A stretch of 64,000 nt of DNA from an uncultured Chloroflexia bacterium (GCA_963814375.1 CAWFCQ010000004.1:128001-192000); one strand, 5' to 3'. Positions 37,597-47,382 are shown, numbered from the stretch's first letter. Program-made: numbers and translations. Notes: generated by a model not told the origin, from the sequence alone.

Positions 37597-38150
37597 CCGA
37601 CGATCTCACGGCGTATCTCGAGGCGCTCCTCTTCATCGCCGAGCGTCCGCTGACCACGCCCGAGATGGCCGAGCTGGCGGAGGCGACCCGCCCGGCCACC
37701 GAGGCAGCTCTCGACGGGCTGCGCGAACGGCTCGAGCAGGACCGGCGCGGCCTGCGCGTGCAGCGCCACGACGACGCCTGGCAGCTCGTGACCGCCCCGG
37801 AGGTCGGTGCACGGCTGGCCGCCTATGCCGCTCGGGAGGAGGCGCGGCTCACGCCGGCCTCGCTGGAGGCGCTCGCCGTCATCGCCTACCGGCAGCCGTG
37901 CACGCGGGGTGACGTCGAGCGGGTGCGCGGCGTCGACTCCGACTACGTCATGCGCTCGCTCCTGCACCGCCGTCTCGTGGCCGAGGTTGGCCGGCGGGAC
38001 ACGCCCGGCCGGCCGATCCTGTTCGGGACGACGTTCGCCTTCCTCGAACGATTCGGCCTCACCTCGCTCGACGACCTGCCGCCGCTCTCCAGCGATGCCG
38101 CCCAGCTCGCGGCGCTGACCGAGGCGGCACCCGCGGCCGATGGCGAGTGA
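37593..38150 (+). CDS. scpB: Segregation and condensation protein B
   Basis: LEALLF, LEALAVIAYRQPCTR, GRPILFGTT..FL..FGL.SL.DLP. Confidence 0.96.
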   Translation: MTDDLTAYLEALLFIAERPLTTPEMAELAEATRPATEAALDGLRERLEQDRRGLRVQRHDDAWQLVTAPEVGARLAAYAAREEARLTPASLEALAVIAYRQPCTRGDVERVRGVDSDYVMRSLLHRRLVAEVGRRDTPGRPILFGTTFAFLERFGLTSLDDLPPLSSDAAQLAALTEAAPAADGE

Positions 38151-38889
38151 GCGGCTCCAGAAGCTTCTCGCCCGGGCCGGGCTGGCCTCACGACGCGGGG
38201 CCGAGCAGCTCATCGCCGACGGACGGGTCCGGGTCAACGGTGCGCTGGCGCGGCTCGGCGACTCGGCCGACCCCGATCGCGATCGGATCGAGGTCGACGG
38301 GCGGCCGTTGGCGGCTGCCGCCCCGCCGATCCACATCGCCATCCACAAGCCGCGTGGCTTTCTCAGCTCGGCTCGTGACGAGCGCGGCCGTCGTTCGGTC
38401 GTCTCGCTCGTCGACGCCGGCGGCGAGCGCCTCTGGCCGGCCGGCCGCCTCGACGTCGAGTCAGAGGGCCTGATGCTGCTCACGAACGACGGGGATTGGG
38501 CGAACCGCGTACTGCACCCCCGCTACGGGATCGTCCGCGAGTACGCGGCGCTCCTGACGCCGGACCCGTCCCGGTCAGCCCTGAACCGGCTCCTCGACGG
38601 CGTCACGCTCGACGACGGGCCAGCGCACCTGCTCGCATTCCGGCGCGCGGCCCCACCGCGGGAGATCGCGCGGATGCGGAGCGAGACCGGCGCCTGGCTG
38701 CGGATCAGGATCGGCGAGGGTCGCAAGCGCGAGGTGCGCCGCCTCTTCGAGGTGGTCGGCATCTCCGTCCAGCGCCTCGTCCGAACCGGGATCGGCAGCC
38801 TCACCCTCGCCGGGCTGACGGAGGGCGAATGGCGTCACCTGCGGACGGACGAGGTGGCGGCGCTCGCTGTCGGAGCCCGGGAGCGGTGA
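38140..38889 (+). CDS. rluB: Pseudouridine synthase (RluB/RsuA family)
   Basis: ERLQKLLARAGLASRR, HKPRG, GRLD, EGRKREVRR. Confidence 0.9.
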   Translation: MASERLQKLLARAGLASRRGAEQLIADGRVRVNGALARLGDSADPDRDRIEVDGRPLAAAAPPIHIAIHKPRGFLSSARDERGRRSVVSLVDAGGERLWPAGRLDVESEGLMLLTNDGDWANRVLHPRYGIVREYAALLTPDPSRSALNRLLDGVTLDDGPAHLLAFRRAAPPREIARMRSETGAWLRIRIGEGRKREVRRLFEVVGISVQRLVRTGIGSLTLAGLTEGEWRHLRTDEVAALAVGARER

Positions 38890-39560
38890 CGCGCACGGTT
38901 GCGATCGACGGGCCGTCGGGAGCGGGCAAGAGCACCATCGGCTTCGCGCTCGCGACCAGGATCGACGCCACCTTCGTCGACACCGGGCTGATGTACCGCG
39001 CGCTCACGCTCGCGGCGATCGAGCGGGGCATCGACGTGGAGGACGGCCCGGCCCTCGGCGACCTTGCCGCGCGCTGCGCGATCGAGGTGGAGCGGCCCCG
39101 ACCCGACCAGGTCGACCGGCTCGAGACGGTGCGCCTCGACGGCCGTGATGTGACGGTCGAGGTTCGCGACCCGCGGGTCGACCGCGCGGTCAGCTCGGTC
39201 AGCCGCCACGCCGAAGTGCGCTCGGCCATGCTCATCGTCCAGCGCGCTGCCGCGACGCTCGGCGACACGGTCATGGTCGGGCGCGACATTGGAACGGTCG
39301 TGCTCCCCGACGCGACGCTCAAGGTCCACCTCGTGGCGGATGCGGCGGTGCGCGCAGCCCGCCGGGCAGCCGAGATGGGGACACCGGAGCGGGCGTCCGA
39401 GTACCTGGCCGAGATCGAGCGCCGGGATGCCGCCGACTCCGGGCGAGACATCGCTCCGCTGCGCCAGGCGGAAGGCGCCCTCGTCCTCGACACCGGAGCG
39501 CTGGACGTCGACGCGTGCGTCAACGCGATCGTGGCTCGTCTGGACGACATCGGTGGCTGA
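38886..39560 (+). CDS. cmk: Cytidylate kinase
   Basis: AIDGPSGAGKST, DTGLMYRA, VGRDIGTVVLPDA. Confidence 0.95.
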   Translation: MTRTVAIDGPSGAGKSTIGFALATRIDATFVDTGLMYRALTLAAIERGIDVEDGPALGDLAARCAIEVERPRPDQVDRLETVRLDGRDVTVEVRDPRVDRAVSSVSRHAEVRSAMLIVQRAAATLGDTVMVGRDIGTVVLPDATLKVHLVADAAVRAARRAAEMGTPERASEYLAEIERRDAADSGRDIAPLRQAEGALVLDTGALDVDACVNAIVARLDDIGG

Positions 39561-40200
39561 CTGGTTCTTCCATCCGGGCGCCGCGATCTGCGGCTTCGTG
39601 GCGAGGGTCCTCTTCGGCTGTCGGATCGAGGGAGTCGAGCACGTTCCGCGCGACGGCGCGTTCATCGTCGTTGGCAATCACTGCTCGAACTTCGACCCAC
39701 CCATCATCGGCTGGGCAACCGGCCACCAGGTCGGCCGCGTCGTCCACTTCATGGCGAAGGCGGAGATGCGCAGGTGGCCGCTGGCCGGCTGGCTCGCGGG
39801 GCAGTCGGGCGTCATCTTCGTCCGCCGCGGCGAGGGCGATCGCGCGGCTCAGCGCGCCGCGATGCAGGCGCTCGCTGACGGCCGTCCGCTGGCGCTCTTC
39901 CCGGAGGGCACGCGCTCCCGCGACGGGCACATGAAGGTCGGCAAGTCGGGCGCCGCCCTGATGGCCATGCGATCCGGTGCGCCGCTGCTCCCGGTCGCGA
40001 TCTCCGGGACGCAGCGCATCTTTCCCGGTGACTCGCGCTGGCCGCATCCGTCTCGCGTGGTGGTCCGCGTCGGCGAGCCGTTCAGGCTGTCGCACCGGCC
40101 GGAGGGCCGGCTCGATCGTGCGGCCTTGGCCGAGGGCACCGAGCGGATCATGAGCGTCATCGAGGCAATGCTCCCGGTTGAGCAGCGCCGCATCACCTAG
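39553..40200 (+). CDS. plsC: 1-acyl-sn-glycerol-3-phosphate acyltransferase
   Basis: NHCSNFD, FMAKAE, FPEGTRS. Confidence 0.92.
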   Translation: MADWFFHPGAAICGFVARVLFGCRIEGVEHVPRDGAFIVVGNHCSNFDPPIIGWATGHQVGRVVHFMAKAEMRRWPLAGWLAGQSGVIFVRRGEGDRAAQRAAMQALADGRPLALFPEGTRSRDGHMKVGKSGAALMAMRSGAPLLPVAISGTQRIFPGDSRWPHPSRVVVRVGEPFRLSHRPEGRLDRAALAEGTERIMSVIEAMLPVEQRRIT

Positions 40201-40209
40201 CCGCCGGCC

Positions 40210-40225
40210 GTATATACGTATATAC
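40210..40225. promoter_or_regulatory. Second copy of GTATATACGTATATAC, over the -35 region of the ispH promoter (-10 TAGAAT 40239-40244)
   Basis: Exact repeat of 30175-30190. Confidence 0.7.
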
Positions 40226-40252
40226 CCCGCGATCCACCTAGAATTGGAGCCG

Positions 40253-41125
40253 ATGACCACCGCCATCCGACCCGAGGTCCGCATCGCCGAGCGCGCCGGC
40301 TTCTGCTATGGCGTGCGCCTGGCGATCGACAAGGCCAAGCACGCGCGCTCCGAGGGCAAGGAGGTCACGACCCTCGGCCAGCTCGTGCACAACCCGGGCA
40401 TCAAGGCCGATCTGTCGGATCGCGGCATCCGCACCGCCGACCTCGCCGACCAGGTCGAGGGCGGCACGCTCGTCATCCGCGCCCACGGCGTGCCGCGCTC
40501 CGAGTTCGAGAAGGTGAAGGACGCCGAGGGTCTCGAGGTCATCGACGCCACCTGCACGTGGGTCCTCCAATCCCAGAAGGCGGCTCGCGAGCTGGCGGAG
40601 GCCGGCTACACCGTGTGCATCATCGGCCACGAGGACCATCCCGAGGTCAAGGGCGTGCGGAGCTACGCCGGGGAGAAACACGTCGTCGTGGACGACATGG
40701 ACCGATCCACCTGGGAGCGCGTCCCGCGCACGAAGAAGATCGGCGTCCTGTCGCAGAGCACGATCCTGCCCAACAAGCTCGAGGAGTTCGCCGCCTTCTG
40801 CCTGCGCCGATGCCACGACCTCCGCGTCGTCAACACGGTCTGCCCGGTCACCCTGACCCGCCAGGACGACTCGGTGGTGCTGGCCCGCGAGGTCGACGCG
40901 ATGATCGTCGTCGGCGGCAAGAACAGCTCGAACACGAAGGAGCTGGCGGTGAAGTGCCGCGAGATCCAGCCCGAGACGGTCCACGTCGCCGATGCCGACG
41001 AGCTCGCGGCCGAGCACGCGGGATGGCTGCACGGCAAGGCCCGCATCGGTATCACCGGCGGCACCTCGACGCCCGAGGTCGACCTCGAGGAGGTCCGCGA
41101 CCGCGTCTACGCCCTCGTGGCATAG
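40253..41125 (+). CDS. ispH: 4-hydroxy-3-methylbut-2-enyl diphosphate reductase
   Basis: AGFCYGV, LVHNP, RAHG, DATC, HPEV, NTVC, SSNT, GTSTP. Confidence 0.97.
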   Translation: MTTAIRPEVRIAERAGFCYGVRLAIDKAKHARSEGKEVTTLGQLVHNPGIKADLSDRGIRTADLADQVEGGTLVIRAHGVPRSEFEKVKDAEGLEVIDATCTWVLQSQKAARELAEAGYTVCIIGHEDHPEVKGVRSYAGEKHVVVDDMDRSTWERVPRTKKIGVLSQSTILPNKLEEFAAFCLRRCHDLRVVNTVCPVTLTRQDDSVVLAREVDAMIVVGGKNSSNTKELAVKCREIQPETVHVADADELAAEHAGWLHGKARIGITGGTSTPEVDLEEVRDRVYALVA

Positions 41126-41127
41126 GC

Positions 41128-41574
41128 GTGGCCGAGCTGGTCGTCACGCAGGCCGTCCGCGCCGATCCTGCCGAGACCTTTGCGGCCTTCACGTCTGCCG
41201 ATGCGCTGGCCCGCTGGTGGTGGCCGCACATCGGCGACACGACCTACGCGGTCGACCCGCGCGTTGGCGGCACCTATGACATCCGTTCCCAGGTGGCCGG
41301 GATCGGCGTGCGCGGCGAGTTTCTCGAGCTCGATCCCCCGCGCCTGATCCGGATGACCTGGAAGTGGGTCGACGACGGGGTCAGCGGTTTGGGGGAGAAT
41401 GTGTCGATCGCCTTCGCGCCGGGCGGTGACGGCACGCTCGTGACGGTGACCCATGTGCTGGCGGCGGGGTCGGGCGATGGCGACGACCTGCGCCAGGGCT
41501 GGCACGATGTCCTCGAGCGGCTCGCACGGTCACTTGATGGCGAACGGTCCGATTTCCCACCCGATGGGCGTTAG
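41128..41574 (+). CDS. SRPBCC/AHSA1 domain protein
   Basis: AFTSADALARWW, DPRVGG.Y, LDPPRLIRMTW, GWHDVLERL. Confidence 0.88.
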   Translation: MAELVVTQAVRADPAETFAAFTSADALARWWWPHIGDTTYAVDPRVGGTYDIRSQVAGIGVRGEFLELDPPRLIRMTWKWVDDGVSGLGENVSIAFAPGGDGTLVTVTHVLAAGSGDGDDLRQGWHDVLERLARSLDGERSDFPPDGR

Positions 41575-41595
41575 GTCCCGCTGCGGCGACCGGCG

Positions 41596-41689
41596 CGTCC
41601 GGATTCACACCGGGTGTGCGTGACAGGCCGATTCTGACCACTCGCCCTCGCGAATTGGGCGTTACGGTCACCCCGTGTGAATCTCGACG
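41596..41689. repeat. 94-bp imperfect inverted-repeat element, copy 2
   Basis: CGTCCGGATTCACACCGGGTG...CACCCCGTGTGAATCTCGACG, ~29-bp imperfect stem, between convergent genes. Confidence 0.7.
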
Positions 41690-41709
41690 GTTCGGCGCGC
41701 GAACCGCGC

Positions 41710-42966
41710 TCAACCCTCTTGCGGCACCAGTTCGCGGAGGAGCTTCCCGAGCGTGCGCCGCAGGACGCGGTAGGACAGGTGCTTCTGCGCGATCTCGAAG
41801 TTGTGCGCCGCCCATGCCCGTCGCTTCTCGATGTTGCCCAGCAGAGCTCGAACGGCGGCCACGCTGGCTTCGGTGACGGCGCCGTCGATCTCGATGAGCT
41901 TGAGCCCCAGCGGCGCGATGTCGGCCACGTAGACCGGGTAGCGGTTGACGAGGACCGGCACGCCGTAGAAGAGCGCCTCGAGGAGGGCGTTGCCGTAGCC
42001 CTCGTACAGCGAGGGGTAGGTGATGAGGTCCGCCGCGAGGTAGGCGTCATGGAGCGAGTGGGCCGGGCGCAATGGCTTGCCCTCGTGATCGGGGGCGAAC
42101 CGATCCGCCGCGTAGGCGAGGCGCACCTTGTGCCGCTCGGCGAGACGCTCGAGCTCGACGAGGTAGTCGAGCCCCTCGTCGCCGGCGGGGGACGTGATGA
42201 GCAGGACGGCGTCGGGGTCCTCCAGCCTGCCGACCAGCTCGATCGCCAGCTCGATGCCCTTGCGCGGCACGACGCGCGTCGGCTGGACGACGAGGAGCCC
42301 GCGCTCGTTCATGCCCAGCTCGTGCCGCAGCCTGCGCCGCACGCTGGGATGGCGTCGTGGCCGGGGCTGGTCGAAGTCGAACACGTTGGGGATGACGTGT
42401 GAATCGATACCTCGGCGTCGCTTCAGCTCCGCCGCGGCGAGGCTGTTGATGCTGATGTGGCGGACCCATGGCAGATCGGGCGGGAAGGACTCCTCGAGCA
42501 CCTCCGGCACGACGCAGGTGGCGAACCGCTCGCGCTCCCACCAGTAGTCGTGGTGGTGGCCGATGGTCGGGATGCGACGCTCCTCGATGACGCGGCGGAG
42601 AGCCACGCCGAGCGGGAGCTGCATCGGGATCGCCCACGCATTCTCGATGATGATGGCGTCGAGCTGGTTGATGACGGTCCAGTCGAGCAGGACCGGCGTG
42701 AGCAGGTCCGCCAGCCTGTTGATCTCGTGCCGCACCGCCTGCGGATCGCTTTCCGGGTCGAACGCGGCCTCGGTCACACGCGCTGCCGGGGGCCAGGTGA
42801 AGTGCATCGGTGGGACGAGGCGCGCCTGGTAGCGAAGGGCGTCGACTTCCCCGGCGCACAGCCGCAGGTCGTGGCCCATCTCGTCGAGAACCGTCTCCCA
42901 CTTGGCGGTCTCGAAGGTCACGCCATCGACCCCGGCCAGGCGGGTCGCGGCGATGCCGATCTTCAC
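41710..42966 (-). CDS. Family 4 glycosyltransferase (resembles mannosylglucosylglycerate synthase-like group)
   Basis: RLAGVDGVTFETAKW, HHHDYWWER, QPTRVVPRKGIE, YPSLYEGYGNALLEA; GTG start 42966. Confidence 0.85.
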   Translation of the reverse strand: MKIGIAATRLAGVDGVTFETAKWETVLDEMGHDLRLCAGEVDALRYQARLVPPMHFTWPPAARVTEAAFDPESDPQAVRHEINRLADLLTPVLLDWTVINQLDAIIIENAWAIPMQLPLGVALRRVIEERRIPTIGHHHDYWWERERFATCVVPEVLEESFPPDLPWVRHISINSLAAAELKRRRGIDSHVIPNVFDFDQPRPRRHPSVRRRLRHELGMNERGLLVVQPTRVVPRKGIELAIELVGRLEDPDAVLLITSPAGDEGLDYLVELERLAERHKVRLAYAADRFAPDHEGKPLRPAHSLHDAYLAADLITYPSLYEGYGNALLEALFYGVPVLVNRYPVYVADIAPLGLKLIEIDGAVTEASVAAVRALLGNIEKRRAWAAHNFEIAQKHLSYRVLRRTLGKLLRELVPQEG

Positions 42967-43035
42967 GACGCCGATGCTATCGCGTGGGAGTGCGACGCCG
43001 CGGCCCCGACGACGCGTCCCTCTAGACTTCGCGCC

Positions 43036-44475
43036 ATGTCCTCCCTCCCCGTTGTCGCCATCGTCGGCCGTCCGAACGTCGGCAAGAGCACGCTCTTCAA
43101 CCGGCTCATCGGCCAGCGCCTGGCGATCATCTCCGACGTTGCCGGCACGACCCGCGACCGGGTCTACGGCACCAGCGAGTGGAACGGCCGCACCTTCACC
43201 GTGGTCGACACCGGTGGCCTCGAGCTCGATCCGGGGACGGACATCGAGGAGCGCGTCCAGGACCAGGCACGGGTGGCGGTCGAGGAATCGGACCTCATCC
43301 TCTTCGTCGTCGACGCGCACGCCGGGCTCGCCCCGCTCGACCACGAGGTCGCCGACCGCCTGCGCCGAGCCGATGCGCCCGTGATCCTCGTCGTGAACAA
43401 GGGCGACAACCCCGCCCGAGAGGCCGATGCGGTCGAGTTCTTCGCCCTCGGCATGGACCCGGCGATCACGATCAGCGCCCAGCACGGCCGCAACACCGGC
43501 GACCTCGCCGACATGATCGTCGATCGGCTTCCGCCGCCCACCGAAGCGGAGACGGCGGCAACGGTTCCACCGGAGGACATGACCGAGGAGGAGCTCGCCG
43601 AGCTGGCCGAGACCGAGATGGGGTCGCCCCGCGTCGCGATCGTCGGCCGTCCGAACACGGGGAAGTCGACGTTCGTGAACAAGGTCTTCGGCTCCGATCG
43701 GATGATCGTCTCGGACGTGCCAGGCACGACGCGCGACCCGATCGACACGACGGTCTCGCTCGACGGCCAGCCGCTCGTCCTCGTCGACACTGCCGGCATC
43801 CGTCGACGCGGCAGCATCGAGAAGGGGATCGAGCGCTATAGCGTCCTGCGTTCGATGAAGGCGATCGACTCGGCCGACGTCGCGATCGTCATGACCGATG
43901 CGACCGAGGGCTACACCGCGCAGGACGCTCACGTAGTGGGCTACGTGCTCGAGGCCGCCAAGGGCATCGTGCTCGTGCTGAACAAGTGGGATGCCGTCGA
44001 GAAGGACGAGTACACCGCCGACCAGTGGCTCAAGCGCCTGCGCCGCGATGCGCCGTACCTGGCCTGGGCGGACATCGTCTTCGCATCGGCGCTGACCGGG
44101 CAGCGCGTCGAGCGGATCCTGCGTGAGGCACTGCGCGTCGCCGAGGAGCGCTACCGCCGCGTGCCCACCGGCGAGCTCAACCGGCTCGTCATGGACGCGG
44201 TGCGCGCCCACCCGCCATCTCACGTCCGCAACCGGCTGCCGAAGATCCTCTACGCGACCCAGGTGGCCGTCGCGCCGCCGACGTTCGTGATCTTCGTCAA
44301 CGACCCGGAGATCGTGCACTTCAGCTACCGGCGCTACCTCGAGAACCGCATCCGTGACGGATACGGCTTCCTCGGCACGCCGATCCGCCTCGTGCTGCGC
44401 CAGCGCGAGTCGGAGGAGGCCGCTCGGAAGTCGGCCCGCCCTCGGCGCACGGCAGCCGCCCGCCGCAAGCGGTAG
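43036..44475 (+). CDS. der: Ribosome biogenesis GTPase Der/EngA
   Basis: Two G domains (GRPNVGKS, GRPNTGKS; GTTRD twice), YLENRIR..GTPIRL. Confidence 0.98.
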   Translation: MSSLPVVAIVGRPNVGKSTLFNRLIGQRLAIISDVAGTTRDRVYGTSEWNGRTFTVVDTGGLELDPGTDIEERVQDQARVAVEESDLILFVVDAHAGLAPLDHEVADRLRRADAPVILVVNKGDNPAREADAVEFFALGMDPAITISAQHGRNTGDLADMIVDRLPPPTEAETAATVPPEDMTEEELAELAETEMGSPRVAIVGRPNTGKSTFVNKVFGSDRMIVSDVPGTTRDPIDTTVSLDGQPLVLVDTAGIRRRGSIEKGIERYSVLRSMKAIDSADVAIVMTDATEGYTAQDAHVVGYVLEAAKGIVLVLNKWDAVEKDEYTADQWLKRLRRDAPYLAWADIVFASALTGQRVERILREALRVAEERYRRVPTGELNRLVMDAVRAHPPSHVRNRLPKILYATQVAVAPPTFVIFVNDPEIVHFSYRRYLENRIRDGYGFLGTPIRLVLRQRESEEAARKSARPRRTAAARRKR

Positions 44476-44492
44476 GAGGTATCGTCGCGAGC

Positions 44493-45494
44493 GTGACCGA
44501 TCAGATCGGGGTCATCGGCGCAGGCGCCTGGGGCACGACCCTCGCGATCCTGCTGGCCGATGAGCAACGCCCGGTCTCGCTGAGGACCCACTCGTCCGAG
44601 TCCGCCGAGCGCCTTGCGCACGCGCGCGCCAATGAGCGGTACCTCCCCGGCGTCGTCTTCCCGCCCAACCTGCGGATCGTCACCGACGACTCCTTCCTGG
44701 CCGAGCCGCATCGGTTCTACGTGCTGGCCGTGCCATCGGCGCACCTGCGGGCGACGGTGCAGGAGATCGGACCGATTCTCCATGCCGAGGCCGGCATCCT
44801 CAGCGTGGTCAAGGGGATCGAGGAGGGCACGCACCTGCGGATGAGCGAGGTCATCGACCAGGAGCTGCCCGGTCGCCGCATCGCGGCGCTGTCCGGCCCG
44901 AATTTGGCGCGCGAGATCGCCGCCGGCAAGCCGGCGGGCTCGGTCGTGGCCTCCGCGGACGACGACCTGGCGGTCGAGCTCGCATCGGTGCTGTCGTCGG
45001 AGCGATTCCGGGTTTACACCAACGGCGATCTGATCGGGGTGGAGCTGGCGGGCGCATTGAAGAACGTCGTTGCCCTGGCGGCCGGAATGGTCGACGGGCT
45101 CGGCTTCGGCGACTCGGCCAAGGCGGGGATCATCACGCGCGGACTGGCCGAGATGACACGGCTCGGGGTCGCCGCCGGGGCGCATCCGCTCACCTTCGCC
45201 GGCCTGGCGGGCGTGGGCGACCTGATCGCCACCTGCATGTCGCCGTTGTCGCGTAACCGGCACGCCGGTGAGCTCATCGCCTCCGGCATCCCGTGGCCGG
45301 AGGCCGCGGAGCGGCTGGCCGGTGTCGCGGAGGGCGTCAGCACCGTCGCCGGCGCCCTCGAGCTCGCCGTCGCCCACGGCGTCGAGATGCCGATCGCGGA
45401 GAAGGTTCGCGAGGTCGTGTTCGACCGCATGCCGCCGATGGCCGCGGTGGCGGAGCTCATGTCGCGCAGCACGAAGGACGAGCTGACCGGCTGA
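44493..45494 (+). CDS. gpsA: NAD(P)H-dependent glycerol-3-phosphate dehydrogenase
   Basis: GAGAWGT, KGIE, SGPNLA, GALKNV, GDLIATC.S.LSRN. Confidence 0.97.
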   Translation: MTDQIGVIGAGAWGTTLAILLADEQRPVSLRTHSSESAERLAHARANERYLPGVVFPPNLRIVTDDSFLAEPHRFYVLAVPSAHLRATVQEIGPILHAEAGILSVVKGIEEGTHLRMSEVIDQELPGRRIAALSGPNLAREIAAGKPAGSVVASADDDLAVELASVLSSERFRVYTNGDLIGVELAGALKNVVALAAGMVDGLGFGDSAKAGIITRGLAEMTRLGVAAGAHPLTFAGLAGVGDLIATCMSPLSRNRHAGELIASGIPWPEAAERLAGVAEGVSTVAGALELAVAHGVEMPIAEKVREVVFDRMPPMAAVAELMSRSTKDELTG

Positions 45495-45547
45495 CAAAGA
45501 GATGAGCGCCGTTGCCGGCGCCCATCTGTCCCTGAGACACCGCTTGC

Positions 45548-45883
45548 CTACATCAGGCCGATGACGTGGCCCTCGGGATCGGCGAACAGCGCGATATTGG
45601 TCTCCGGCGCCACCTCGGTCAGCGGCATGAGGATCCGGCCCCCGGCCTCCTCGACCTTGCGCAGCGTGGCCGCGGCGTCGGGAGTGTTGACGTAGAAGGT
45701 GACCTGCCCGGCGCCACCGTCCTGCGCCGCGCCGATCCCGGCGCTCAGGTCGCCCTGGCGCAGCATGCCGTAGCCGCCGGGGTTGTTCGTATCGAGCTGC
45801 CAGCCGAAGACGTCGCCGTAGAAGCGCTGGAGCTTCTCTCCGTCCTTGCCGGTCACCTCGACGTGAACGATCGTGTCTGCCAT
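45548..45883 (-). CDS. VOC/glyoxalase family protein
   Basis: VHVEV..FYGDVFGW, FADPEGHVIGL; GAGGAG upstream. Confidence 0.9.
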   Translation of the reverse strand: MADTIVHVEVTGKDGEKLQRFYGDVFGWQLDTNNPGGYGMLRQGDLSAGIGAAQDGGAGQVTFYVNTPDAAATLRKVEEAGGRILMPLTEVAPETNIALFADPEGHVIGLM

Positions 45884-46027
45884 GTGAGGGTCTCCTCTCG
45901 AGTCTGGCTTGTCGGACCGATGCGTCATCGGTCGCTGTCAACTCGACGCTCGGGCACCGCCGAAATCGACACGGCTGGCAGACGGGGTGAGCGGCCGCTC
46001 GTATACTTGGCCCGATCCTCGCTCGGT

Positions 46028-46104
<77 letters not shown>

Positions 46105-46172
46105 ATCTCCTCGATTCCGCTTGGCTGCTCGACGGTCGAGCGGATGGGTCTTACCGGCTAGAGTGGGGCCTC

Positions 46173-47372
46173 GTGACGACCTACGAGATGCACGAGGCCG
46201 CCGAGAGGGCCGGCATCACCACGGATGAGCTTCGCGGAATGGTCGAGCTCGGCATCCTCGCGCCGGACCCTGAGAATCGGTTTCGGCCGGGTGACGTGCG
46301 CCGCGCGGAGCTGGTCGGAAGCCTCGAGGCCGCGGGCATCGCGCTCGATGACCTGGGCACGGCCATTCGCGAGGGGAAGGTCTCGCTCGCATTCCTCGAC
46401 GCGCCGGCGTTCGACCGTTTCTCAGCGCTGAGCGACGTCACCTTCACGCAGATGGCTGAACGGACGGGCGTGCCCATCGAGATGCTCACGTTCATTCGCG
46501 AAGCTGCCGGCTCGGTGACGCCGAGCCCGGACAGCCGCATGCGCGAGGCCGAGCTTCCGGCCGCCGCCTGGTTGGCCGCCGCGGTCGGGGCAAGCTTCCG
46601 GCCGGCGGCGATGCAGCAGATGATTCGCGTCCATGCCGACAGCCTGCGCCGGGTCGCCGAGACGGAGGCGGCCATGTGGCAGTCGGAGGTGCTCGACGCG
46701 GGCACGCGCACCGGCAGCCGCACGGACGAGATCCTCGGCATCGAATTCGGCGATCGCATGAGCATCCTGACCGAGGAAGGGGTGATCGCCATGTACCACA
46801 TGCAGCAGGCGAAGGCGTGGACGCGCAACCTCGTCGAGGGGGTCGAGACGATGCTGGCGGAGGCCGGCCTCCACAGCCGCCTGGAGCGACCTCCCGCGAT
46901 GTGCTTCCTGGACATCACCGGGTACACCCGCCTCACGCAGGAGCGCGGCGATGAGGCCGCCGCCGGCCTCGCCGACGAGCTGGGAAGGCTGGTCCAACGC
47001 GCATCGATCAAGCACGGCGGCCGCGCGGTGAAGTGGCTCGGAGACGGGGTCATGCTCCACTTCCCGGACCCGGGACCCGGTGTCACCGCCGCTCTCGAGA
47101 TGGTCATCGGGGTCGCCGTGGCCGGCCTGCCACCCGCGCACGTCGGCCTTCACGCCGGGCCGGTGATCTTCCAGGAGGGCGACTACTACGGGCAGACGGT
47201 CAACGTTGCGTCCCGGATTGCCGAGTACGCGCGCCCCGGCGAGGTGATCGTCAGCCAGGAGGTGGTGGATGCCTGCCAGCATGCCGACGTCTCATTCCGG
47301 GACATCGGCGCGGTCGAGCTCAAGGGAGTCGCCGGCGCCCTTCACCTTCACGTCGCGTCGTCGCCCAGCTGA
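46173..47372 (+). CDS. Class III adenylate cyclase with N-terminal MerR-like HTH/regulatory region
   Basis: [37 protein letters not shown]; N-terminal [17 protein letters not shown]. Confidence 0.9.
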   Translation: MTTYEMHEAAERAGITTDELRGMVELGILAPDPENRFRPGDVRRAELVGSLEAAGIALDDLGTAIREGKVSLAFLDAPAFDRFSALSDVTFTQMAERTGVPIEMLTFIREAAGSVTPSPDSRMREAELPAAAWLAAAVGASFRPAAMQQMIRVHADSLRRVAETEAAMWQSEVLDAGTRTGSRTDEILGIEFGDRMSILTEEGVIAMYHMQQAKAWTRNLVEGVETMLAEAGLHSRLERPPAMCFLDITGYTRLTQERGDEAAAGLADELGRLVQRASIKHGGRAVKWLGDGVMLHFPDPGPGVTAALEMVIGVAVAGLPPAHVGLHAGPVIFQEGDYYGQTVNVASRIAEYARPGEVIVSQEVVDACQHADVSFRDIGAVELKGVAGALHLHVASSPS

Positions 47373-47382
47373 TCGACGTCGC

